Notes under the pieces: model-generated | What the model was told of the DNA's origin: nothing | Database searches by the model: none | What the model saw: only the letters and a program-made list of their open reading frames with translations | Part shown: positions 1 through 15,900 of the stretch, in pieces | Position numbering within the stretch: position 1 is the stretch's first letter | Layout: each line of letters begins with the position of its first letter | Program-made: the position numbers and the translations under genes | Assembly (NCBI RefSeq): GCF_964355755.1 | Contig: NC_092674.1 | Coordinates: forward strand, 5,394,001-5,458,000 | DNA: 64,000 bases | Source of the DNA: Antedon mediterranea | Taxonomy: Eukaryota > Animalia > Echinodermata | Direction of reading: 5' to 3'

Positions 1-952
1 TATGAAAGAAATGTATATTCTCTGCTATTTTATTTTGGACAATGTTATTCTACTGCAGTAACTGCAGTTTGTAAACTCTTTAACCTGTTTAAATGCTATT
101 ATTTAATAATCATTTTGTTGGTATAATCATGGTATAATAGTCATGTTTATTGCAGGGACGGCCTCATACTTACATTAAACATAAAACTAATATGATACGC
201 TAATAAATTAGTTATTTCAGTAGAATAATTTTGGTATGATCTCTTACTAAATTTTTGTGCTCATATTTTAATTCTTATTTAGTATTTTAAATAAAAAATT
301 TGTCCTACATTAACACTTTAACCTACAGTATGATGTAGTCTATTTCGTGCCTAGCTTATCTGGATAAACCAAAAATAGCCTTTTTTCTTGAAAAGAATAA
401 CTTGGAAAGTAGAATCCCCCTCTCCACAAATGGTAAAGTCCTTGAACTATGCCATTAAGTGGTTACAACGAAAATGATGTAATGTGTACACTAATTTATT
501 TCCTGTACATAAATTTAAATGACCTTAAGCGTTATAATATATTTAAAGAAAACATCATGAAAATGAGTGATTGATACCAGTTTCTATTCCATGTCCCAAA
601 TTGTTGGTTGATCTCCCATTTTTTTCCAAAAAGGAAATGATAGAGTTATGAATGTATTCCCACTGTACATTATCTCTGGAAGGGAGGGAAAGGGATATCC
701 TAATACTCTGCCTTATCCATATGTTATATGCCCATTGGATTTATTCATTTTCTTCTAGGAATTTTTAATTTATTTTTTCCAGGGTACAGTATCTTCATTT
801 TTCCTAGGCATCTGCATACTGTATTCCACAATTGATCAAATCTGTCTTATGAAGTTAATTCATATTTTATGAAAGAAATGCCTATAATTGAAATCTGGAC
901 TGATAGGAAAACTTACAACAGTAATAATTTAGTACTTTCTTCCTTTTTGCAG

Positions 953-3900
953 ACTAGGGAAAATTTCCAAAGTACACACAATGAGGCAGAGACCCTTATG
1001 CATAAGATGATGGAAGTAAGATTTTCTTGTCTATATTGTTGTAATAACCTACTGTATCTTTAATACCTCTCAACCAGTGGCGTAACACAAGGGGAAAATA
1101 CCCCTGGTTTAGCACTCCTAAGGAACCCTTCAACGCTGAGTAATTGCATTGGATGCCTAATGCTCTGAGACTCCTCATGCTCTGTGGCCCCTTAAGCCCT
1201 TGGGCCTCTTAAGCTCTGGTACCCTTAACCATAAACTGTATGAAAGGGCCACTAGTATGACACGATTCTTTTACAGCACCAGAATAAATCTTTGAAGAAT
1301 TTCATTTAGCTTCAAAGTTTACAGATAAGATTAGTACTTACTCGAACATTGATAACAATCTGATCTAAATAAATGTTTTCAACAAAAACCCATTCTGAAA
1401 ATATGTATAATTATATTCAGACTCTTTTAAATGTTTAAATAATTTGTGTTTCTTCCATGAATACTTAGAGGCCAATGGAAAGAAAGAGTACAACGTGTAT
1501 GGAAGGCTATCTATATGCTATGGAGAAACGTGAGTTATGGTGGACTTGAACATTTTACTATAGTACAGTTTCAAAATTGAGTTGGATAGCCGAGTGGTTA
1601 CGACACTTGACTGTCATACAGATAGACTCGGGTTCAATTCCCAACAACTCCCAGTCCACTCAGCTGTAAATGAGTACCTGGTTGAAAATACTAGGGAGAA
1701 AAAAGGCGGCTCCACCCCACCACATAATGCCGAGGCTCATAACAGCTCATTCCCCTACGTTCAGAGAACACGGGACTCACCTTTACCTTTTACAGTTTAA
1801 AATATGTTAATAAACCCACTTGCTCAAATCAGAGATATTATATAGTGAATAAGGCTATACTATAATATCTCTAGAGACTCACTCCCGAGAACGATCAAAG
1901 CGTATTGATCAAATAAACATCCCAATTGAAATACACAATGGGCTTGCCTCACTTCTGAGTTTGTTTATATTATCAAATATCAAGCTAGGGGACCATATAG
2001 TACTATAATAACAGCAGTACAAAAGGTTTGTTCAAATTGTATAGGCTTTTGTATTCTGTTGTCATATTGTGCGATACATTGACAATTGATCTTCAATGCG
2101 ATCTATTTTGTTTGAATTTCAGGAGCAATTGGTTCGGTGTGGGTTAAATACTATTGTCAATACGTTAGAGGCTCCAAGGCTTTTATTATGAGAGGCTACA
2201 CTCAAGCACTTTCTAAAATTGTAAGTAAATTAAATATTCCAGCCATAAATAAAACATTTTTTTTTTAAAGTTAGACGCATGTTTTATAAAATCTATGATT
2301 CATCTATATCAATTTTTTTTTTCATTATAAGGATAAACAGCCGCCTCATAGGTGGTTTCAAATGTAGTTTAAAATCTTCCCAGTACAATTTCAGCCATTT
2401 TGATACCCATAAGTATAAATGCATATACTAGGCTAGCACAAAGTGTAACAGTCAAACGTACAAACTCTCTCTTTATTATAATATAATCATTTTATTAATT
2501 GATTTTGTCCTGCTAAATTGTATAAGTAATTGAAATTCACATGCATACTTTATTATGAACATGAGTCATACCGTGATGGACATTGTAACATACTATATCA
2601 ACATAGAACATTAAATGCAATTTTCACATAGGAGTTTCACGATTCACTTACATAAAAATGAGATTTAAACTATTGCATTTAATGTTTATCATTTTTAAAT
2701 GTGTAAAAAAATATATAAAGCTCTGTCTACACTATCTAGTTTGACAAAAGAGTTTGATGTGCCCAAATATGGTAGTGATATACCCAAATATGGTAGTGAT
2801 ATACCCAAATATGGTAGTGATATGAAATCATGTTCATATATAGGCACATCACATTTTTTTGTCACTGAAAGTTTGATAATGTAGACAGAGGTTAAGAGTC
2901 GGATGAATTTTGTAAAAGATTATTAAATTTTTTTTTAGACCACCACTGACACACTAACCGTTACTTCATGTACAAGGTAAGATCCTATTTAATATTCATT
3001 AAATCTTAAACCAATCATTATTATAACGAGAAAACAATTAATCTGTTTATTGTAAGTAATAAACATGTTTATATTCTCAGAGATAAGAAGTGAAGATTGT
3101 AAATAAAGTCATTCTTTAAATTATTGATTTAATTAAGAACTGTAAATTCTCTATGTGCTAAATATCCTATTAATATTTTGCTTTTATCTTATTTTCTTTT
3201 TTTAGACGAATGACTGAGTCAATTGAGAAGAGATTCTGTTTTGATATTACAGTAAGAGAAAGGTAGGTTCTCATTCTGTACCATAATATTGTGTTATAAC
3301 ACGTATCCTTGTGGTTTGATTGGTGGATTTCTTATCATGTGACATGCATTATTTCTCCCATTCCAATAGCTTGGTGTACTATTGCATGGGCAAATTTTTG
3401 GAGAATTTTGTGACAGGCTAGATTTATGAATGATGCACAATAGAAACCAGGTGCCCAACTTCGTTTTCCTGTACCAAAATTATGTGTTCCACATTTTTTT
3501 ATTAGGCCTAGACAAAACCTACCATACCCTTGTTTCAACTTTGAATATCGATTGTTAAACACTACTTATTGTATTTTGATACTAATTATATTTTGACTTT
3601 TTTAGACCAAATGTGATCACATTACAAGCCATCTCAGAAAATGAACGAAATCTATGGATGGAAGCCATGGGCGGAAAAGAACCAGTATGTACCTAGATTT
3701 GCATTCCCTCTAGGAAAAAACCCTAGATTAGCGTTTCCTCTAGGAAAAAAAATCCACATATGACTACAGAAATTATGTAAATTATAAAATGTTATTACTG
3801 TATTACATACACAAATATGGTAACTTTTTTCTTTTTTATGGATACAACAATCATTGACAGAGATTAAAGACCCCTTCCCTGCAATTTTGGACGTTTTTTG

Positions 3901-6900
3901 GAAAATAATACATATATATCACTTTAAAAACATTAAATCATGTCATTCCTTGTCTTAAATGTACGTTTTATGGTAAATTATGATAAAAAGTGAGAAACAA
4001 TGCACTACCTAAGTAGCTCGCGGCGATCGACCTCTCGTGGACGGTCTTAGGCCTAGCCTAGCTAGGCTTAGTTTTGTAGGCCTAGCTGGTAAACATCGGT
4101 AACGTACGAACATCGTACGCTACCTATATACCTAGCCTGACGTTGTATAGTTGCTGCATTAATTGTCTTTCTATTTTTGCCAGACTCCGTTGATACAAAT
4201 TGGGGAAAACCCGGTATTTTCGCTGAAAAGTTAGGAGTCTTCCATTTGTTTTGGCCTCACGATCGATCGAAAAGTGGGCGAATTACAAAAATATCAATCC
4301 GCGCGCAATGCATTTTGGGATTTATAGCGGGCCGCTATAATTATTAGAATCGACTTATTTTTCACATTTTTAACCGTTTAAAGACGAAAAAAGTTATCGC
4401 AATAGGACCATATAGTATTATTTTTACATTAAATATAGTTTGTGATCTTAAATTAGATCTAAAAAACGTAGGGAATGGGGCTTTAACCACCAGATATAAA
4501 AAAAAAACTAAAAATATCTTTTATTCAGTCTGATTAAATTATATTATTCAACAGACGTGTCCGGCCCAACATTACATGTCGTTTTATAAATGTCTATTAG
4601 AAGTATTTAAAATTTGCGAGTTCTTTTGTATAATATTTTGATTTATAAATATATGTAACACATACGTGTATCACTTTTTTTTTCAGGTTTATTTAAATCC
4701 ACAGATTTCTAAATCTGACGATAGTAAGTAATTTGTATTTTAAAATATTTTTGTGAGATTAATTTTGAAATTGATTGTTAAGAAATATATATTTTACATT
4801 CAATACCTACCTACTTGTGCTGAAATAATAAGAAACCCAATTTTATTCGCAATCACTGTATTGAATTTTATGTTTAATATGGTTCATTGTTCCAATCAAA
4901 TGTTTGCTTTATTGTAAAAAATGTTTTAAAAAATAAAAAAACTAGAGCTAAAACTAAATGATAAAGGAAGCAATTCATATCCTGTAATAGAATAAAATGT
5001 TAATTGACATTTTATAAATTGTTGAAATTTCCTGTTATTAATAAATCTAATTATTCTGTAATTGTGTATAATAGATTGATAAAAAGAAACAGAAAGTTTG
5101 TACTTAATTTAATATTACTTATTCTATTACTCTAATAAAGTTTAAACTTTGTTTTTAATTTAATAATTACTTTATTAATGTACTTGTGAACTTTGTTGTG
5201 TATAATAATTGTATATCTTATTTGTAGGCTTACTGAACGATGTTGGGTTTAATTTCATTCGTAAATGCATAGAAGCTATTGAAAGTAGAGGTACGTAGAA
5301 ATAAAATTATGCTTTTTTGAAACCTTAAAGATGACTAGAAACACTGTCTTAGCTTAGGTCTTAAGCCGGTTTTTTTTTAACATACCAGAGTTCTGGTAGG
5401 GTTAGGGTGGCATAGGGCAAAGGCCCCTGGTTTAGCACTCCTAAGGAGCCCTCCAATGGTGTGTAGTTGCATTGAACTGCTCATGCTCGGGGGCCCTTTG
5501 AGCCCTTGGGGCCCCTGGATTTAGCAAGTGAGAGGTCATAGCTGGTTGCACGTTTTCATCAAGTCAAAAACAGCTTTTATATTTAAATATTGATTTGTAC
5601 ATTATTCAATGCTTTCAATTCATGCAAATAGATTTTCATAGTGGAAAACATTCAGTGTGCTGAAATGTACCAGAACATTACCCTCTCTGAAAGATGCACT
5701 TGGTTTGCTAAGTGTACACTAGCCAGATGTATTGTATTAATTACATTATATACAAGAGTAGGCCTACCTGTACCCACAGTTTGGGGTGTACCACCACCTT
5801 TGAACTTGACAACCTGACGAACAACCTTTCTTATACCGAGCTCCACCCACTAAGTTTGAAGACCGTGCGACCCCTAGTCTCTGAATAAAGCTGGACAGAC
5901 ACGCATATATTTGGTGAATTATAATAAAGATCTGTGTACACTATCAAACTAGTTTGAGGTGCCCAAATATGGTAGTGTGTGTGTGGTAGTGTAGACAGAG
6001 CTTAAAATTGTTATTGTTATCTACAGGTATTGAGGACCAGGGTCTATATCGTGTGGTTGGTGTGGGATCTAAAGTCCTGAAGCTTACTAACCTTTGTTTA
6101 GGTAAGACTTTTTTCTTTCATTCTTTTCTCTTAAGAATTTTTATTTCTCTCAAATATTTAAATATATAGTTACATTCTTCTTACAACTAAACAAAGTATA
6201 ATATGGCAATCGAAATAGAAAAATTAAAAGTTGTTCTACATTTTTTCCAAGCAAGGCTCAAACCAAAAACGTAAGTAAAAGTAAGAGAACGGCCAAATAT
6301 AAAGTGGTATTCTATTCTCTGGCGTAACTAGCCTAAAATATTGTGCAAAAAAAAAGTTTTTTCCATGCATGATAGAGTATATAATGGGGGTAGCATGGGA
6401 GTGTAACTTATTTACATTCTTTTATGTATTTACAAAGAAAATTCTTCTTTTAATGTACCGTCCTGGTACATTTTCCACTATATTTTTGTTAAAATCTTCA
6501 GCTTTGTTGTTTGGGTTTTTACCGCTTTTCTTGTATTGAATCATATATACGCTAGAATGAATTTTAATTCAATCTACATGTTACTATGCTGTGCCTGAAT
6601 ATTCTGAAAAATGTATCTAATATTCTGTAATATATAAATACTATATAATATATAATTTATCCTTCCTCATAGTTAGTATTGCTACCTATCCTGACAACCA
6701 TACTGTAGGTTAAATGTTGTTGAACATTTCTTTTTTAATTTAAAAAGTATACAAAATCATAATTAAAATTAATCGTTATAATAGATTTAAACATAAAATG
6801 TATTTGTGTAATGTATTTGGACATTAATTAGAATTTGATTAATAGTGATTTCAGAAATAAACCACGCCTGCTAATATATCCTTCCTCATAGTTTAGTGTT

Positions 6901-9900
6901 TTCTACCCACGCCGGCAGCCATAGGTTGAATGTGGTTATTTTAAGTGTTTTGCCTGTCAAACACTGATGACTTTTTCCTACAGTAGTGAAAGTTGGTTTG
7001 ATTAAAATCTTAAACTAATTATCGTTTCCCAATTAGAACCAATTAGTACAATGCAGATTGTGGTATTCTTTGCTTCGTGTATATAATTATTACTGCATTC
7101 TGGTACAGTAGTTATTTAAATATTATAACGCATTTATGCAAAATTTTGTTTACACATTTGGTAATCTATGCAGAATTTTGTAATCTATATTTTTATATAA
7201 AGCACTCTGGGTAAAATATGTAAATGATATAATCTCATATTTATAAAACACTGGTGAATTTATGTTAATAATATTCGCTTAAGGTACTGGTAAATCTATG
7301 CAAAATTATTTATTAATCTATGAAACACTGGTAAATTTATGGAAATTATATAATAATTGAATTTATAATTAATGCGTGAGAATTTAGTAATGATGTAATA
7401 CGAAAATCCGACAACTGCATCACACATTACATAATAATTAATATATTACAATATAATAATTAATAATAGTAATTGTTTATTTTCTATAATTTTTGATATA
7501 GCAATGAATTTGATTTTGTTTCATTGCTGTCTATTATGTTTAAAGCCTGGTTTCCATAAAATCGCTACACGACAGAGCGTAGCGTTTCTATGGAAACGCT
7601 AGAATTTATCGGGGATCTAGTACGCGAGCGCTAAATATTCTTTGGTACGCGTATACGATTCATCGCCGACACAATCAGTACAGAACATGGTTGAACTTTG
7701 CCGATTTGACTGCGATGAATCGGGGAGCCTTCCCGATTGCGTCGGCAACATCTGCGCGTGTAGTGATTTTAATGGAAACGCTGTAGCGATTTTAATGGAA
7801 ACCAGGTTTTAACCACAGTTTCTTCACCATAATTGTTGTCTTATAGATAGGAGGAAAGGATCGAATGTAAATTTGTCTAATTCTGGAGAATTTGAAATCA
7901 AGACAATTACCAGCGCACTTAAGAACTACTTTAGGTATGTTGCTTAAACCAAATAAAAAATATAGAGTAATATAATAAATAATAAACAGTCAAGTTGTAA
8001 TAACATCTTTATTTTTTAAAGATATTGCTATGACGAAGGAATAGCGTTTTCCGGAAGCTTGACATTTTTTTCTGGCTGTTTTACTTTACCAACTTATTTT
8101 ATTTTGCAGTTGAGATCAAGTCACTGATACCCACAGCATTGTCATTTCTGCAGTGCTTATTTTATTTGTATCTCCATTGACATCCATCCACTTATACCCT
8201 CAGCATTGTCATTTTTTCAGTGCTTATTTTATTTGTATCTCCATTGAGATCTAGCGACTGATACACACAGCATTGGCATTTCTGCATTCCTTTTTTATTT
8301 GTATCTCCATTGAGATCCATCCACTTTACCCTTAGCATTGTCATTTTTTCAGTGTTTATTTTATTTGTATCTCCATTGAGATCTAGCGACTGATACCCAC
8401 AGAATTGTCATTTATAGCCACTGATACCCACAGCATTGTCATGTTTTTAGTAATTTGTCTTTAAATTTATAAACACATATTAATATGGGTTGTGTTTTTT
8501 GTTGTTGTTGCTTGTAGGAATTTACCAGAACCATTGATGACGTTTAAGTATCATTACAAGTTCATAGCAGCAGCAAGTAAGTAATTTATCTATTTTTTTA
8601 AAGCTCTTTTTACACTATCAAATTAGTTTGACAAAAAAAGTGTGATGTACCCAAATATGGTAGTTATATGCTTAAATACGGTAGTGAGATGACATCATCA
8701 TGTCCATATATGGGCACATCACATTTGTTGTCATATAAAGTTTGATAGTGTAGACAGAACGTTAAGGAATGCTTTTTGTTTTCTGTACTGTAACAATTCT
8801 TTAACTTTAGCCTGGAATTTGATTGTTGAGTAAAGGTTTCACCGATTTTGTATTTTGTAGAAAAGGAATCCAAAACGTTGAGGCTGAATGATGTACACAA
8901 ACTGGTACATCAGTTGCCAGAATCCAACTTTGAAATGCTTGCAGTCCTAATGAAGCATCTACACAAGTAGGTTTGAAAGTGTGGTCTTGTGGTTACAGTG
9001 CCCACCTTATAATTGAAAGGTTTTAGGTTCAAATCCAGCTAAAATCTTAAACTTTTACTTTGTTTTAATCTTTGATTGATTAAACACTACTACTACACAT
9101 AAAGTTCAAATGCCCAATCTGTGGGTGACAATGAATCAAATTGTTCTTTTTAGGGTTTCTGAAAATGACGATAAAAATAAAATGACCGTTTCCAATCTTG
9201 GAGTGTGTTTCGGTCCAACACTAATGAGAGCTGAAGAAGAGACTATGGCTGCAATTATGGATATTAAGTTCTCGAATATCGTAGTTGAAATACTCATCGA
9301 AAATTATGAAAAGGTATATACAATCAGTATGGTGTAATGAGATGGAGAGAAAATGTTGAATGACCTATTGGGAGTCTCAGACTACTATACGCACAGGTGT
9401 TGATGAGCTCAGACAACAGCCTTCTTCCCTAATGGTCCCTTGTGTAATAACTAGTAACCAGCAGTCTTTCATTTGTTACAGTGGTGGGTGATGAGGGGAT
9501 AAGGAGGCCTAACAATTGTAACATGAACTGCTGAACCCATCCAATCTTTTGTATTGCAATGAGAGTAGTTTTTCTATTGGATTGAATGTTGGAAAATAGG
9601 TGTTTTTACTACAGAAAAAAATCTCTAGCCCTAATGGTGTTAATATTCTTTATTTAAAGATTTTTACAAGCACTCCAGATGAGAAAGATGTGACATTCTT
9701 AAATAAAGCAGCCATCAATCAAAGTAACGCTAGCATCGGCTCGCCCCGCCCACATACAGGCAGCCTTCCATCGCAGCCTTCCTCAACATTCCAAGAGTCT
9801 CCGGCCGAGTTCCGAAAAACAGCCAAGTCGCTACCGACGTCCGAGTCTCCACGTCATAAAGAAGGTGGAACGCTGCAATCCGAACTGCTGAACGAGATTG

Positions 9901-12900
9901 ATTCGCACTTGCAGGAAAGAGGCTTGTACGTGAAGGGACCACCAATAGTGGGCCAAACTAAGGGACGGCCTAAGCCTGTGTACTCTGAAGGTAAGGGTGT
10001 GTACAAGTGAACACTGAGTGTCTGGCTTAGAAATGATAGTACATTGTAGAGAGAGATGATGAATGGTATTATATAGTGAAACATAACTTCAAATTTTACT
10101 GCAGTAGAACCCCTTTTAGGACATAACAATTCAGAGGACACCTCTAATAAGGGGACACCTCTTCAATAGGGTTCTACTGTACAGTTTAACATATTTATAT
10201 TATTATTATATTATTATTATATATATATATATACCGTATATTTCGGTGTATAAGTCGCACCTGTGTATAAGACGCACCCCCTAACTGAGAGTAAAATATC
10301 GGTATTTTTTATATCGTCGATGTATAAGACGCACTTTATATTTCATCAAAACAATGTTTTTTTAAATTGTTATCAATATTATTGTAACAATATATTTTGT
10401 TATATCTACAACGGAGTCTTTATTTAGGTTTTTTCTTACCTAGGCTCGGTCGCGCCCAGCCTCAACAAGTTCTTTCTAACTTGTTATTCATGAGTTTCGT
10501 ACCCGCAACATCGAGTGCATGACCGTGTGTGTAACATGCACGTGTGTGGGCTTGCCTCGCTCGATCATTTCGAGAGGGCGCACGTTTTCACGGACAATCG
10601 TATTCGATTAGTATCTATGTATCCGAGAAGTGTATACGCTAGGTCCATGCTATAATCAACTGGAGAATATACTAGTCGAATACCGTACACCATGTGGCCG
10701 CCGCCAAGAAGGGCTTGCGCTAGGCTAGGGGTACGGCGGTCGGCGATCGTGCGTATAACTATAAATAAATATAAATCGTAAGCGTTTACAAATGAAATTT
10801 AATCGGAGCGCCAAAAACAGCTCTATAATGAACAAATCTTTTCATCATATTTAGTATAACATCACGCTAAAAATCCTGCCTTGAAAACTAGGCAGAAGCA
10901 GGTTGCCGTTACGTTAGTACACTGTAGCTACAGTAGGCCTAGCCTACTCAGTCAGGCCATGGAGGTATCTTTTTTATACCTCCATGGTCAGGCCTAGGCT
11001 AGGCCTAGCCGCGCCAACAAGGTGACGATTATGTACAATCTGTGTGGTGAGGCATTTATGTTCGGTGTATAAGACGCACCCTTAATTTAGAGGTCAAATT
11101 TGCGTGTCAAAAGTGCGACTTATACACCGAAATATACGGTATATATAGAGGTTGCTTAATTTCTAAATACTATAGTTTTCTAGGTCATATCTCACTGCTT
11201 TTAAATTCGCTTAGAGTATCAAATAGTGTTTTGCCTTGTTTAGAATTATAACAAAAATTGCATTCAGCTTTTGAACTTTTGCATTGCAATGACGAGGTAA
11301 AAATTCTGGCCTTTTCACAGAGCTTTTGCAGTTAAATCGAAAGAAAAGTACTGTCATTCCTACAGGGCTATTTTATTACACAGTACCACATCAATATGCA
11401 GTACAAACTTACTTCACTATTAAAATTGACATAAGATAGACAACAATGTATTGATAGGTCTGCATGGGTTGCTGTTTTTCTTCATACATATAATTAAGCA
11501 TTTGAACCTCTATAGACTTTTCCCACCACCTTGGCTGTTCATGCAAAACACATCCCTGCTATCTATTTCATTTCATGATTGAAACCAGTTATCTCAAATA
11601 ACTGTCTTACTGTACATGAGAAAGACAGAAACAATAAATAAATTGTAAATATTCATGATATAACAACCATGGTTGGTAGTTTGTTGGTGCCACCAATTTT
11701 ATGTTGACAAACATTATTTTTTATGTATTTAAATATAAAGTGGTTTTTATGTTGTTGCATTTTTTCCATGCTATATATGTATATTTTAGGAAATGCTTCA
11801 AAGTGGCTCACAGTTACCATCAAAATGACTTGCACTTAATTAACATTAAATGACTCCCACAGTTAACATTACAATGCACATAGAAGCACATAATATAGCC
11901 TATAAAGGATAAACAATCAACCCATCACTCAATGTCATGAAGAAGAAGCCCATGGGCTTCTTTTTGAGGTTTTACAATATATGAAATGTTGGTCACGTTT
12001 ACAGATCCGCTGTACAGTTCCAGCAGTAGCACCGAATCGATAAGTTCACGTTCCTCGTTGTCAACTCATTCCTCGAATTCTTCTCCGCCCTCCAATAAGA
12101 AGAGCTCCAATTCCTTGAGCACGGGTAAGAGTGACATGTTACGTCTTGTGCCCCTGTCTCGTTACCATCTTCGTAGCCCTTAATAATAGTGAATTCTTTT
12201 GCGCAATTTCTATCGGTGTTGGTGAATTAATACTTTTTTGCCATTTTCAAAAATAATGATTTAGTTTAACAAACAGTTAATAACTTTGAGATATTTGATA
12301 TTAATGCGATCTGTGGTAGAATTATTAACTCATTTTTAGAATTGGAAATCATTTAATGTTATATCTCTGTTTAATACAATCTCTACAATACAAGTCAAAA
12401 GAAACCCATATAATTGCGTTATTAATTAAACCCAAATAAATAAGCACTTTATGCACTATGCAGTTGATTAACATTTTAAAATCTCAATTTTTAAACCTTT
12501 TGGTATTATACAGTAGTTTTATTAATAACACTTTTAAATATAGATCGATATTAGTTATTATTTGTATCAGTCACTTATAGCTTAAGATTGGTACACAGAA
12601 GAGTTTTATTGGCACACATTGTATTAGAGTTGACAATGACAATTACCTACCAAAAATGTTAGGTAAGAATGAAGAAGTTAAGAATGGAATTTGTATCTGT
12701 CAGCAACATTTATTTGAGCTCTGTCTACAATTTCGAACAAAGAAATATGATGTGCCCATATATGGACATGATGATGTCATATCACTCTCATATTTAAGCA
12801 TACCACTACCATTTTTGGGCACATCACACTTTTTTGTCAAACTAGTTTGATAGTGTAGTCGGAGCTTTGGTGAACTCAACAAAAACTCTTCTGTGTACCA

Positions 12901-15900
12901 GTTTAATACATTTTCTATACTGTGAATTTTATCTAAAATATAAATACTTTGTAATCCTTTCTATTACTACGTCTTAACTACATCTATTCTGTTCTTTGAT
13001 TGGCTGCTTGTAAATCGGCAGTTTTCTGGAGGTCAATTCAGATGAGGAAATATCCAAAATATCATACGTATCATGGTAACATAATAGTATCTAGATATAC
13101 ACACGCTTCCACAGTTTATACCACCAGTATTCTTCACATATGTTTTGTCATGTTTTACCGTCAGTGCATGTTTAAAGCTTTGTCTGCACTATAAAACTTT
13201 ATGTTGAAATTTGTATCTATGTCTGCATTATTTTACAACTTTTACTTAAACTCTGGTTATACTATCAAACTTTATGTGACAAAAAAATGTGATGTGCCCA
13301 TATGCTCAAATATGATGTCATCACCACCATATTTGAGCATATCACTACCATACTTGGTCACATCACACTTTTGTCAAACTAGTTTGATAGTTTAGACAGC
13401 TTTAGTTATTAGGTATCCTATCAATCAAGCTTTCCTTAAAGCGTAACTCCGTGTTTGAATTTCTATTGTTTATTATAAAACCCACTTAGATTTTAAACCC
13501 GGAGTTATCCTTTAACTTTGAAATTAAAGATGTATAAAAATGTGATAGGAAAATAGATTTTGTGTTTAGTTTTTTGTGCATGATTTCCTCTTGTTGACTT
13601 GATCCAAAGAAGAGCCCTTTTTAGTGTTATGAAAATGTAGCAGTCTGCTTTTCTTGAAAAACAGTTTTCTGTCTTTTCTCTTTTTATCAAATTTCTGTTT
13701 TTTCCCTATTAATTACTTCAGAATCATATTTTTAGTCTTCTTTCATCACATTTTATTCTTCTGTTTTTTACTTTCTTTTTTGTTATTACTACCTTCCAAG
13801 TATTTTCTTTTATTCTTCTTGCCTTTTTTCATTTTAGTTCTTTATCTTCCTCTTCTTTTCTTTGTTTTTCATTTTACTCTACGGTATTAAGTTGCACAGT
13901 TGAAATATTCTTCATTTTGCGATGATTTAAATTAGTTGTATTAGTCTGTTTACAACAACCATACACATGAACCAAGAATTTGAGTAATAATGTTGGTACT
14001 CATCCAGTATACTATTCTATCCTTTCTACACTTTGGTTTGTATAAAGCATTTACACACATCATGCTGCTTTTCTCTTAAGTTATGTGTTGAAGTATTTTG
14101 TTGTGTAATATTTTCTGTGTATAAAATATATCCTTCAATCCCTGTATGTAGGCAAGCATAAAGACAAAACCAGATATAGGAATGCACAGCTGATCAGAAT
14201 GCTAAAAGGCGAAAATGAGATCAATGAAAAAGGTTAAAATTAAAATAAGTTATTTTTGTATTAACACCAAATGTTTGTTGTTGCCAATTACTCCTTAATT
14301 AATACTTGAAGCTATGCACATTTCGCCCCCCCCCCCTCTCCCTCCTCTCACCTTGTTAATTGTAATTTGTAAATATAGTATAGATTTAATAATGTTCATT
14401 GTACTTTAAAAGTTTGTGTCTGCTTATCTATATACATACTATGTTCTGATTATAAGTGTTTTTGTTCACTTCATCGTGCCATACTTCACCATGCCATAAT
14501 TCACTGTGTGCCATACTTTACTACTGTAGTCATTTGTCCATAATATTAATAATATAATACAATCCACTGTAAATGTAAACATGCTTCATAGCCTGAAGAA
14601 TACTGGTGGTTTGACCTCAATGCTTTTCTTTTTTCCCCTTCACACCTCTTAAATTATTTTCTTTTCTTTATTTTCCTTTTCATTTCTTTAATTTAATTGC
14701 ACATTTTTATTTTGCCCTTTGACCTTTGACATGCTTCTATGTTCCTCAGGCCCTTTCTATGCACAGAATCACGACTACTTGTATCCCGTACGCCCACAAA
14801 TAAGGTATCCACTACCCAAAGGTGAGGCCATCTCCATTTTTTAAATTTTCATTATTTTTATTTGTTAAGTTTTATTTGTTTACACTTTAATTTCATTTCT
14901 TTGTTTTATTTTGATTTGTTTATGTTTGTTTTTAATAGATAACATTTTACTCCCAGTCATAGCTATCCTGGTTCTGTTCACGTCCATCACAAACCATCTG
15001 TATGTGAGCGTCAGTGTGTTCAATTTCTATTACTGGATCGTTTATCAGATAATTCGGTTTGAAAAGCTTTTTCTTATGTCCTTAGGAGGATCACAAGATG
15101 AGCCACCTCGGTCACCTGGAGCGGAGAAACGTTCACCTCGCTCTAAGCGATCATCGTGCGAAATCGTTCGCTTAGATTCAGGTTGATTGAATGTTTAGTC
15201 TTTGCGTTTTTGTACAATTTTCAGTCTTTGCGTTTTTGTACAATTTTCAGTCTTTGCGTTTTTGTACAATTTTCAGTCTTTGCATTTTTGTACAATTTTC
15301 AGTCTTTGCAGTTATTTTATTTTTTATCGTTTTTCTGAACCGAAGCTACAGAATACTGTGTACACTATCAAACTTAATGTGACAAAAAAATGTGATGTGC
15401 CCATATATGGGACACGAGATGTCACTACCATATTTGGGCACATCATACTTTTTTGTCAAACTAGTTTGATAGTGTAGACAGAGCTTTATGATTTTATTTT
15501 TCAATTGTTGTTTTGCTGTAGTTTTGGAAATTCAGTTTTTAACTAAAGAAATCTAAACAAAAAAATTTTTAAAAATACAACCGAGAAATCATTATTTATT
15601 TTTATATTAATGTGAAATTAACAATGTTGGATAAATGCATAGTTTTTAAGCTGTTGCACAGCACTGGTATACAAAATAGGAAAACAAAGTATATAAAACT
15701 TGTATTTATTATTAATGAAACAAATATACTAACCGCAAACAAGTTATTATTTAAAGTATTTATAAGTGAAATTATTTTGTTTTAAATGATGTATCAGGTT
15801 TTTTTTCTCAGTACTTTGTTTTGTTTTTTTTCAATGCTGATAAAATAACTTTAAAAAATAAACAACATAAAACATATTCAAAAGTACAGTGCATGAACTT

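Noticed and set aside
1830-1874. CAGAGATATTATA..TATAATATCTCT hairpin similar to the 24421 footprint
   Set aside because: No recognisable 7-bp direct repeat
8979-9040. tRNA-like A/B boxes (also at ~56070-56130)
   Set aside because: No cloverleaf or acceptor stem; most likely decayed SINE heads rather than tRNA genes
13654-13890. Phe/Leu-rich ORF resembling a membrane protein
   Set aside because: Artifact of a T-rich intronic tract; the same applies to ORFs at 15156-15477 and 16794-17101
14939-15003. Possible extra exon between 14821 and 15086 (donor gtgagc)
   Set aside because: Several acceptors and frames possible (DNILLPV.. or [15 protein letters not shown]); phase cannot be resolved without transcripts
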